From: an uncultured Lentisphaerales bacterium | GTDB taxonomy: Bacteria > Verrucomicrobiota > Kiritimatiellia > RFP12 > JAZUKQ01 | Direction of reading: 5' to 3' | Assembly: GCA_964565855.1 (NCBI GenBank) | Contig: CAZMGQ010000003.1 | Coordinates: 1-30,746 of the forward strand | Length of the DNA stretch: 30,746 nt | Part shown: piece by piece, positions 1 through 7,741 of the stretch | How positions within the stretch are numbered: the first letter of the stretch is position 1 | How the letters are laid out: every line of letters begins with the position of its first letter | The notes under the pieces: generated by a model | What the model was told of the DNA's origin: nothing | Seen by the model: only the letters and a program-made list of their open reading frames with translations | The model's database searches: none | Position numbers and translations under genes: made by a program

Positions 1-322
1 AAAAGCGGGTGGAGCCGATCCTGGCAAAACCACCGATGAAGCCCTTGTCGTCGCCGAAGACACGGTCGCCATGCAGTCCAATAAACTCGTCGCACATTTC
101 GCCGGCATAGTCCATGACTGTCGGCCGTCCGGGATGACGGGCGACCTGCACGGTATCCCAGGGTGTGAGCTGGCTGTAAATCTTGGCCGTTTCTCTTTTC
201 AGCTTGCGACGCAGGGTGGCGATGCGGCTGGAGGCCACACTGTCGCCTTTTTTGCGTTTCTGATCCAGGGCGACGATTTCATCGCGGATGATCTGGAGAG
301 GCTTTTCAAATTCAAGTTCCAT
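1..322 (-). CDS. accA: Acetyl-CoA carboxylase carboxyltransferase alpha subunit (partial, 3' end runs off the window)
   Basis: Not in the ORF track. Manual translation from ATG at 322 gives MELEFEKPLQIIRDEIVALD...LTPWDTVQVARHPGRPTVMDY...FIGLHGDRVFGDDKGFIGGFARIG, with the AccA LEFEKP, ARHPxRP and LHGDR.FGDD motifs. AGGGAG SD upstream; lies directly after accD. Confidence 0.95.
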   Translation of the reverse strand, partial: MELEFEKPLQIIRDEIVALDQKRKKGDSVASSRIATLRRKLKRETAKIYSQLTPWDTVQVARHPGRPTVMDYAGEMCDEFIGLHGDRVFGDDKGFIGGFARIGSTRF

Positions 323-334
323 GGTGGCGTCTCC

Positions 335-1162
335 CTATTTGACGCGATAAGCCAGAAAGCGCGCGATGAAATCCTTCATCTCGCGACGGTGAACGATCTT
401 GTCGATAAAACCGTGTTCGAGCAGATATTCGGCTGTCTGGAAATCCTTGGGCAGCTTCTGCTTGATGGTCTGTTCGATCACACGGCGTCCGGCAAAGCCG
501 ATCAGGGCGCCCGGTTCGGCAATGTTGATATCGCCCATCATGGCGTAGCTGGCCGAGACACCGCCGGTAGTCGGGTCGGTCAGGACCGATATGAAAGGCA
601 GACCGGCCTTGTCGAGGCGGGCGATGGCGGCACAGGTTTTGGCCATCTGCATCAGCGAAACGATACCCTCGTGCATGCGCGCGCCGCCGGAAGCCGAGAC
701 TATGATCAGCGGACGTTTGTAGCGGAGGGCATGTTCGGCGGCCAGCAGGATTTTTTCGCCGGTAGCACTGGCAAGCGACCCGCCCAGAAAGCGGAAGTCC
801 ATGATCGCCAGCACCACGCGTATTTTTTCAATGTCGCCACTGCCGGTGATGACCGATTCGTTGATGCCGAGGCGGGCGGCAATTTCGGAGGCCTTTTCCC
901 TGTAAGGTTCTTTGGCATCAGAAAATTCCAGTGGATCATTGGGCATCATCTGCTCGTTGAACTCGCGGAAGGTGCCATTGTCGACCAGCAGATCGACACG
1001 ATCACGGCAAGTCAAACGCTCGTGATAACCGCATTTGGGACAGACCTTCAGGGCAGCCTGCCACTCTTCCTTGAATACATGAGCCTTGCAGGAAGGACAT
1101 ACCTGCCAGATCTCTGCCAGTTCTTCTTTTGTCTTTTTATCGCGTCTTGTGAACCATCCCAT
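335..1162 (-). CDS. accD: Acetyl-CoA carboxylase carboxyltransferase beta subunit
   Basis: N-terminal C4 zinc ribbon (CPSC...CPKC), MDFRFLGGSL, SGGARMHEG, DPTTGGVSAS and AEPGALIGFAGRRVIEQT motifs; GGAGG SD. Confidence 0.97.
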   Translation of the reverse strand: MGWFTRRDKKTKEELAEIWQVCPSCKAHVFKEEWQAALKVCPKCGYHERLTCRDRVDLLVDNGTFREFNEQMMPNDPLEFSDAKEPYREKASEIAARLGINESVITGSGDIEKIRVVLAIMDFRFLGGSLASATGEKILLAAEHALRYKRPLIIVSASGGARMHEGIVSLMQMAKTCAAIARLDKAGLPFISVLTDPTTGGVSASYAMMGDINIAEPGALIGFAGRRVIEQTIKQKLPKDFQTAEYLLEHGFIDKIVHRREMKDFIARFLAYRVK

Positions 1163-1308
1163 GAGGATTTACCTCCGTTGGTTCGAGCTGGAATCGCTCG
1201 AACGGAATCGCCAGTATCGCAAAAAAACATAGCTAAAGGCAAGCGTACAACTTTTTCTCAAAAAAGGTGGTTGCATTGACAGCAGAGGCTCTGGTATTGT
1301 CTAGCACG

Positions 1309-1338
1309 TCCGTCGCCTATAGGGAGTTTTACGACGGA
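1309..1338 (+). promoter_or_regulatory. Stem-loop in the metY 5' leader
   Basis: TCCGTCG (1309-1315) pairs with CGACGGA (1332-1338), just upstream of the GAGGAG SD. Function not established. Confidence 0.35.
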
Positions 1339-1361
1339 GCCTTATAAAGAGGAGAAATGCC

Positions 1362-2660
1362 ATGAGTACACAAGGACTGAACACAGTATCTCTACATGCG
1401 GGACAGGAGGCTGATCCCACGACCGGATCGCGCGCCGTGCCGATCTACCAGACTGCCTGCTATGTCTTCAAAAGCACTGAACATGCCGCCAATCTCTTTG
1501 CGTTGAAAGAATTTGGTAACATTTACACGCGCCTGATGAACCCCACGACCGATGTTTTCGAGAAACGGGTGGCGGCGATCGAAGGCGGCACCGGTGCGCT
1601 GGCAGTCGCCTCGGGTCAGTCGGCCATCACTTATGCCCTGCTGGGTATCACCAGACCCGGCGACGAGATCATAGCCGGCAATAACCTCTACGGCGGAACC
1701 TATCAGTTGTTGCATCATACCTTCCAGCGGCAGTTTGCGCGAACGGTACACTTTGTCAACTCGCAGGATCTGGATGGCTTCCGCCGGGCGATTACGCCCA
1801 AGACGAGAGCAATCTACGTCGAAACCATCGGCAACCCCAAACTCGACGTGCCGGATTTCGAGGCACTGGCCAAGATCGCGCATGATGCCGGCATTCCGCT
1901 GGTGGTTGACAACACGGTCGGGGTAGGACTGGTACGACCGTTCGACTATGGTGCCGACATCATCGCCAGCTCAGCTACCAAGTACATCGGCGGTCACGGC
2001 ACGTCGCTGGGTGGCATTATCGTCGATTCGGGCCGCTTCCAGTGGAACAACGGCAAATTCCCCGAATTTACCGAACCGGATCCCAGCTACCACGGGATTG
2101 TCTATTGGGACGCCCTCAGCGATGTGCCGGGAGCCGGCAACATTGCCTTTATTGTCAAGCTGCGTGTGACGCTGCTGCGTGATATCGGTGCGGCCCTGAG
2201 CCCCTTCAACGCACATCAGTTTCTGCTCGGACTCGAAACACTGCCCTTGCGACAGAACCGTCATTCGGAGAATGCACTTGCGCTGGCCCGCTGGCTGAAA
2301 GAGCATCCGCTGGTGGCCTGGGTCAACTACCCCGGCCTGGAAGACAATCCCAACCATTCGGTGGCGGCCAAATACCTCAAGAAGGGCTTTGGCGGGCTGG
2401 TGGGCTTCGGCATCAAGGGTGGACTCGAAGCGGGACGCAAGTTCATCGACTCGGTGGAGCTGCTCTCGCACGTAGCCAACCTCGGTGATGCCCGCAGCCT
2501 GGTGATTCATCCGGCTTCGACCACCCACCAGCAGCTCACCGCCGCTGAACAGGAGGCGACGGGTGTCACTTCAGATTACATCCGCCTCTCGGTGGGCATC
2601 GAAGACATTGAAGACCTCCAGGCCGATATCGACCAGGCGTTGCGCAAAGCAGTCGGCTGA
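1362..2660 (+). CDS. metY: O-acetylhomoserine aminocarboxypropyltransferase / cysteine synthase (PLP-dependent, Cys/Met metabolism family)
   Basis: [31 protein letters not shown] (PLP lysine), [24 protein letters not shown] and IRLSVGIE motifs; strong SD. Confidence 0.95.
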   Translation: MSTQGLNTVSLHAGQEADPTTGSRAVPIYQTACYVFKSTEHAANLFALKEFGNIYTRLMNPTTDVFEKRVAAIEGGTGALAVASGQSAITYALLGITRPGDEIIAGNNLYGGTYQLLHHTFQRQFARTVHFVNSQDLDGFRRAITPKTRAIYVETIGNPKLDVPDFEALAKIAHDAGIPLVVDNTVGVGLVRPFDYGADIIASSATKYIGGHGTSLGGIIVDSGRFQWNNGKFPEFTEPDPSYHGIVYWDALSDVPGAGNIAFIVKLRVTLLRDIGAALSPFNAHQFLLGLETLPLRQNRHSENALALARWLKEHPLVAWVNYPGLEDNPNHSVAAKYLKKGFGGLVGFGIKGGLEAGRKFIDSVELLSHVANLGDARSLVIHPASTTHQQLTAAEQEATGVTSDYIRLSVGIEDIEDLQADIDQALRKAVG

Positions 2661-2673
2661 TTTGTGCCTTGAA

Positions 2674-2712
2674 CAACTTCAGGGGGCAGACAAGACCTGC
2701 CCCTTGCAGTTG
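2674..2712. terminator. GC-rich hairpin after metY (possible terminator or stabilising stem)
   Basis: GGGGCAG/CTGCCCC inner stem and CAACT/AGTTG outer stem; no clear U-tract. Confidence 0.4.
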
Positions 2713-2804
2713 GCAAATGTGCTGAGGGAAGCAACTCTCCTGCGTATCGAGGCTGACCTCTTACAGATTGACTGAAGCAATGCGGATCATGCTAAACTGG
2801 GCAC

Positions 2805-3554
2805 ATGTCCAACACACGTTATCCCAGCATAGCTCCCATAGGTCCCGAGTTTACGCCTTTTGATGGTCTCCTGCTCGTAAACAAACCTGCCGGCCCGACC
2901 TCGCACGATATTGTCAATTCGGTCCGACGGCACTTCCAGATCAAAAAAGTGGGACATGGCGGAACGCTGGATCCGGATGCTACCGGCTTGCTGGTGCTGC
3001 TCCTGGGACGGGCGACCAAGCTTTCTGAACGTATTATGGGGGCTGACAAGGCATACGAGGGAACTCTGCGCCTGGGCTCTGCCACCTCGACTCAGGATGC
3101 TTCCGGCGAAGTCATCGCAACGGGTGATCCCTCTGGCGTAACGGAGGCGGATCTGGTGGCGGCTCTGAAAAAAATGCAGGGCGACCAGTATCAGACTCCG
3201 CCAATGGTCTCGGCTGTGAAGCAGGATGGGGTGCCGCTCTACAAACTGGCCCGTAAGGGCAAGACGGTTGAGCGTCCACCGCGGCTGGTCCATATCTATG
3301 AGTTTCGTCTGGTGGAGTTTGGCATTCCCGACAGCCAAATTTTTGTGCGTTGCTCAAAGGGAACCTATGTAAGGACCCTGTGTCATGATGTCGGGGCAGC
3401 GTTGGGCTGTCATGGTCATCTGGCAAAGCTGCACCGGACCCGTTCCGGCAGCCTGGACGTTGCTGCGGCACTGTCTTTTGAAGAGATAAAAAAAATGACG
3501 CGTGAAGAACTGGCTCCACACGTCATTCCGATGTTACAGGCGCTCGATCTCTAA
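2805..3554 (+). CDS. truB: tRNA pseudouridine(55) synthase
   Basis: KPAGPTSHD, KVGHGGTLDPDATG (catalytic Asp), QTPPMVSAVKQDGVPLYKLARKG and CSKGTYVRTL motifs. Confidence 0.97.
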   Translation: MSNTRYPSIAPIGPEFTPFDGLLLVNKPAGPTSHDIVNSVRRHFQIKKVGHGGTLDPDATGLLVLLLGRATKLSERIMGADKAYEGTLRLGSATSTQDASGEVIATGDPSGVTEADLVAALKKMQGDQYQTPPMVSAVKQDGVPLYKLARKGKTVERPPRLVHIYEFRLVEFGIPDSQIFVRCSKGTYVRTLCHDVGAALGCHGHLAKLHRTRSGSLDVAAALSFEEIKKMTREELAPHVIPMLQALDL

Positions 3555-3569
3555 GCCGCCACTCTCTCC

Positions 3570-4220
3570 CTATTGCTTGGGAATGAAGATCTTCTGGCCG
3601 ACGTAGATTTCAGCCGGGTTTTTGATGTTATTTTCGCGCACGATAACATTCAGCGGAACCTTGTAAGCCTGAGCTATGGCCGAGAGCGTCTGATTGGCCT
3701 CGACCACGTGTTCGTAGCCGACTGCCGCACGTCCGGTGGGCTGCCTTGCGGGTCTTGCGGGTGCGGGCGGCATGGCAGCCTCGACGGCTTTACTGACGCG
3801 TGAGGGCAGGTCATCAACCGATTTGCGGATCCGGTCCTGTTCAGCCCGCAGGCTGTCGAGTTCGCGACGCAGGGCGTCATTTTCGGCTACAGCGGCGTTC
3901 AGCTCCTGTCGGGCCTGGTTGAGCCGGGCTTCGCCCTGCGAACTTTGCTGTATCTGAGTCTGCTCCAGGGCATCGATCTGAGCCTGGAGCCGACGTGTAG
4001 TCTCCAGCAACTGTTCAAGCTGGGTCTGGGCACGGGCGGTCGCAGTCTGAGGATTGACGGTTGCCGGCGCCTGATTGCGGTAGGGCGACCCCACTGCTGA
4101 ACGGTAAGTACCACCGCCGGACGGGTCGTAGGTCTGGCAGGCGATGCCGGCCAGCATCACTCCGGCAACGGCGAGAACCGGCAGGCTCAGACGACAGTAA
4201 GAGTAGTTGCTCTGGTGCAT
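3570..4220 (-). CDS. LysM-domain lipoprotein with central coiled coil
   Basis: Start moved to MHQSNY (4220), just after the TPR gene stop. Hydrophobic signal ending LAGIAC (lipobox), Q/E/L-rich heptad region, C-terminal LysM (HVVEANQTLSAIAQAYKV...NNIKNPAEIYVGQKIFIP). Confidence 0.88.
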   Translation of the reverse strand: MHQSNYSYCRLSLPVLAVAGVMLAGIACQTYDPSGGGTYRSAVGSPYRNQAPATVNPQTATARAQTQLEQLLETTRRLQAQIDALEQTQIQQSSQGEARLNQARQELNAAVAENDALRRELDSLRAEQDRIRKSVDDLPSRVSKAVEAAMPPAPARPARQPTGRAAVGYEHVVEANQTLSAIAQAYKVPLNVIVRENNIKNPAEIYVGQKIFIPKQ

Positions 4221-4224
4221 CTTG

Positions 4225-5676
4225 TTACTTCTCTTCGGCGGCCTTCTGGGCGGCATAGATGTCTTCGATTTTCTTGGAAATATCCTTGAAGGTGACATCG
4301 TGACGATAGATTTCCTTGAAGTAGTTTGCAGCATCCTCAATCCGGCCCTCGTCCTGGTAGATCTCGGCGATCTCGTACATGACCTCCATCTTTTCGGCGT
4401 TCATGCTGGGCAGGACTTCGAGAGCCTGTTCAAGCTGCATGGCGGCCATATCGAGCAGACCTTTGACACGGAAGCAGCGGGCAAGGTTGTAGAGAGCCTG
4501 GACGCGGTCTTTGGGACTCCGGACTGCCAACTGGAGCTGCTGGATGGCGTCGTCGTACTGTTCATACTTGACGTACTGCATACCCAGCTCGTAGCGCAGG
4601 CGCAAGTCGTTGGGGTAGCGTTGGACACGGTCCGCCAGCTCGTCGAAGATATACTGGTCACGCTCGAGTGTTTTCGCCTCGGCTTCGGCCGTGTTGCCGG
4701 CCTCTGCCAGAGAGGCGATGGTGGCATCAAACCGGGCAACCTGAGCGGCGTTCATGCGACGGTCGATTTCGGGGTCGGCCGGATTGACCTTGCGGGCGTC
4801 CTGATAAGTCTGGATGGCGTCGTCGTAGCGTTTCTGGTTAAGGTAGAGCGAACCGAGACTGAGGTAGTAGTTGAGGTTGGCGGGCTCGGCCTCGATCTTG
4901 GATTTGGCATCTGCGATCAGTGCCTCGGCATCTTCCTCCGACTTGACAGCCTTCGAGGCACGTTCGAGCTGAACGGCCTGATCCTTGTCAGCCAGCACCG
5001 ACTGGTAATCCTTGCCTTCGCGGTGGGCCTCTTCCCAGCCCGAGTCGAGCGTCATGAAAGCTTCGGCATCTTTGAGCAGCTTGGCGATTTCGGCATTGTT
5101 GGGCTTGAGGACAAAAACTTTTTCGAGACATTCGCGGGCGGCCCGGTAATTCTTGATCTCGTGATAGAGGCGGCCCAGAGCTTCAACCGCATCAATATTG
5201 GCCGGGCTCTGTTCGCGGATAATTTCGAGCGTCATTACTGCGGCCTCGGTCTGGCCGGCCGCCAGGGCGGCCCGGGCATAGGTCTTGCCGAAGCCGACAT
5301 GCAGCGGGTCGATCAGCAGCAGCTCCTCAGCGGCCATCAGGGCTTCGGCGTTCTTGCCTCGCTTGAGCAAAAGCGAAGCTTTCAAACTCTTGGGAATGCC
5401 AATCAGCGAAGCGATCTGATGATACAGGGCACCCCTGCGGGCCCGTTTGAATTTGGCAACGGATGCCAGGCGCAGATTGCGGCGGGCCGCCAGATAGTTG
5501 GGAGCGTTTTCGACCACCTTCATGAACATTTCGATGGCAAAGTCGAGGTTGTCCCGTTCAAGCGCTGCTACAGCTTTGCTGTGTAAATTTCTGATGCCCT
5601 GGGGGACCTGTACTGCGGCGGTGCTGCCGTTAGTGACAGCGGCTTCTTGTGTTTGCGGGGAAAGTTCTTCAGCCAT
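4225..5676 (-). CDS. Tetratricopeptide-repeat protein
   Basis: Several 34-aa-like helical repeats (e.g. AVEALGRLYHEIKNYRAARECLEKVFVLKPNN; YYLSLGSLYLNQKRYDDAIQTYQDARKVNPAD). Confidence 0.88.
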   Translation of the reverse strand: MAEELSPQTQEAAVTNGSTAAVQVPQGIRNLHSKAVAALERDNLDFAIEMFMKVVENAPNYLAARRNLRLASVAKFKRARRGALYHQIASLIGIPKSLKASLLLKRGKNAEALMAAEELLLIDPLHVGFGKTYARAALAAGQTEAAVMTLEIIREQSPANIDAVEALGRLYHEIKNYRAARECLEKVFVLKPNNAEIAKLLKDAEAFMTLDSGWEEAHREGKDYQSVLADKDQAVQLERASKAVKSEEDAEALIADAKSKIEAEPANLNYYLSLGSLYLNQKRYDDAIQTYQDARKVNPADPEIDRRMNAAQVARFDATIASLAEAGNTAEAEAKTLERDQYIFDELADRVQRYPNDLRLRYELGMQYVKYEQYDDAIQQLQLAVRSPKDRVQALYNLARCFRVKGLLDMAAMQLEQALEVLPSMNAEKMEVMYEIAEIYQDEGRIEDAANYFKEIYRHDVTFKDISKKIEDIYAAQKAAEEK

Positions 5677-5805
5677 TTAGTAGATCCTGTTTGATAAGCT
5701 ATCTGTTGCCGATGCCCTGGAATACTGGCAACACCTGCTGATAAACAATGAAGAATAGCCGATAACGGCGTTTCAGTCAAGGTTTGGCGCAGGAATTTCT
5801 GGTTG

Positions 5806-6951
5806 TCAATCATGATTGTCGAGGGTCTGCAGCCAATCGGCCGCTGTTGCACGTAGCAATTCGTACTCACGGAGGAGAACTTCCTCGAGCGGCATTTCCG
5901 GTGCGTGGGTGGGGATGGCAGCGACAATGCCATGTGGCAGGTATTCCGCCGGTGCGGCGCGGACACGTCCCGCAAAAACCACGACCGGAACCCGATGTCG
6001 CCGGGCCGCTTCGGCCACGCCGGCCACAACTTTGCCCTGCAACGACTGGCTGTCGAACGAACCTTCGCCCGTAATACACCAGTCGGCTCCCTGCAACGAC
6101 TCCTCAAAACCGGTGGCTTCGAGAATGGTGGCGATGCCGGGCTTGAGAGCGGCATTGAGAAACGCCACGGCTCCGGCCCCCAGGCCGCCCGCAGCGCCTC
6201 CACCCGGCAATGAGCAGAGGTCATGAGCGAACTGTTTTTCGACTACGTCGGCCAAACGTTGCAGCCCACGTTCGAGCTGTGCCACCATGGAAGGCGTAGC
6301 ACCTTTTTGCGGTCCGAAGACAGCCGCGGCACCGTTGGGGCCACAGAGCGGATTGGTAACATCGCAGAGGACGGTCACCGGGGGCAGGGCGGGGCAGGTG
6401 GCGGGCGGCGGTACGATCTGCTCCAACTGCTCCAGTGAGCCGCCTCCGGGCGGCAGTTCACGCCCGGCTGCATCCAGAAAACGCCAGCCGAGTGCCCGGG
6501 CGGCTCCTGTGCCGCCATCCACCGTGGCGCTGCCGCCGATGGCGAGCACGATTTCGGCAGCTCCTGCGGCGGCTGCGGCGACCAGCAGCTCGCCCGTACC
6601 GCTGGTACAGGTGAGCAGAGGATTACGCTCGCTCTCCGTTAATAGGGGCAGTCCGCTGGCCGTTGCCATTTCGATCACAGCCGTACGGTCATCGGGAAAC
6701 CAGGCAAAACCGGCCTTGACCTGTTGCGGGGGCAGGGGAGAAGTAACTTCCACCTCGATCCAGCGTCCGCCGGGCTTTGCCGCCAGCAGCGTTTCGCAGG
6801 TACCCTCGCCGCCATCGGCCATCGGCTTCAGTGTCAACCGGGTGGCAGGATTGGCCTGGTGCAGTCCATCGGCAACAGCCCGGCAGGCCTCGGCTGCCGT
6901 CAGGCCGCCTTTGAAGGAATCGAGTGCGACTACGATGCGGGGATTTTTCAT
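5806..6951 (-). CDS. glxK: Glycerate kinase (GlxK/GarK family)
   Basis: Start moved to MKNPRIVVALDSFKGG; PMADGGEGT, IGGSATVDGG, VFGPQKGA, GGGAAGGLG and ITGEGSFDSQSLQGKV motifs. Confidence 0.92.
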   Translation of the reverse strand: MKNPRIVVALDSFKGGLTAAEACRAVADGLHQANPATRLTLKPMADGGEGTCETLLAAKPGGRWIEVEVTSPLPPQQVKAGFAWFPDDRTAVIEMATASGLPLLTESERNPLLTCTSGTGELLVAAAAAGAAEIVLAIGGSATVDGGTGAARALGWRFLDAAGRELPPGGGSLEQLEQIVPPPATCPALPPVTVLCDVTNPLCGPNGAAAVFGPQKGATPSMVAQLERGLQRLADVVEKQFAHDLCSLPGGGAAGGLGAGAVAFLNAALKPGIATILEATGFEESLQGADWCITGEGSFDSQSLQGKVVAGVAEAARRHRVPVVVFAGRVRAAPAEYLPHGIVAAIPTHAPEMPLEEVLLREYELLRATAADWLQTLDNHD

Positions 6952-7029
6952 GCTGTAATTGTACAAAAAGGCACCGCCGTTTTGCAACGTGCGGTGCCGG
7001 ATTGATTTTACCCTGTCAGGGGCGCTTTA

Positions 7030-7596
7030 TCAGGAACGATTGCCATTACGGGCTTCGTTGACACGCAGCTTGCGACCCATGACTTCGGTGTTGTGCAGCG
7101 CCTTGATGGCGACCAGGGCCTCTTTGCGGTGCGGCATTTCAATAAAGCCGTAGCCTTTGGATTTGCCGCTGTTGCGGTGGCCGATAATGCGGGCCGATTT
7201 GACGATGCCGAAGCGCTCGAATTCACGACGGAACTGAGCTTCAGTCATGTCGTAGCTGAGATTGCCGACATAAATCTCGACCGCCTTGCCACCACCTTTG
7301 GCGGCACCGGACTTTTTGTCGTCGCTGTCATCGGTCGCTTCACCGTTGCGACGTTTGAGAAACGTTGCCAGAACGACGATGGCGATGACAACCAGCACAC
7401 CCAGAGCGATCGGCTGGGAGAGGGGGCAGGAGGCGCCGGCCTCCTGATCGGCAACGTCCTGTGTCTGCTCTGTGGTAGTTTCGACCGGGACATCTGCACC
7501 GGCCGCTTCGGTTGTCTGTTCGACTGCTTCAGTGATAGTTGTTTCTGCTGTGGCCTCAAGGGTCTCGGCCGGGGTTTCTAATACGGTATCAGGCAT
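7030..7596 (-). CDS. RRM (RNP-1) RNA-binding protein with an N-terminal acidic region and a single transmembrane helix
   Basis: Start at MPDTVL (AAGGAG SD). Hydrophobic segment PIALGVLVVIAIVVLATFL followed by KRR; C-terminal RRM with RNP2 IYVGNL and RNP1 KGYGFIEM. Confidence 0.88.
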   Translation of the reverse strand: MPDTVLETPAETLEATAETTITEAVEQTTEAAGADVPVETTTEQTQDVADQEAGASCPLSQPIALGVLVVIAIVVLATFLKRRNGEATDDSDDKKSGAAKGGGKAVEIYVGNLSYDMTEAQFRREFERFGIVKSARIIGHRNSGKSKGYGFIEMPHRKEALVAIKALHNTEVMGRKLRVNEARNGNRS

Positions 7597-7741
7597 TGGG
7601 TTGGATTCTCCTTGCGGAATTGCTGTGCGGTCCGCGTCCGCAGCGTGGGCTGAGCCAGCCATTCAAACCGGAATCAGGTTCCGCGGTGAAACATATCAGA
7701 TTGCGGAACAGGGGTTGGTCGGGCTCGCCGGGACACGCAGG

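Noticed and set aside
71-1279. 402-aa + strand ORF
   Set aside because: Antisense shadow of accA/accD; no recognisable motif.
2681-2706. Shared GGGGCA...TGCCCC stems here and at 30723-30744 as a repeat family
   Set aside because: Only 6-7 bp in common with different loops; consistent with ordinary GC-rich terminators.
4221-4340. Extended start of the LysM ORF
   Set aside because: Overlaps the TPR gene; the lipoprotein signal starts at 4220.
4207-5586. 459-aa + strand ORF
   Set aside because: Antisense shadow of the TPR gene, expected from high-GC codon bias.
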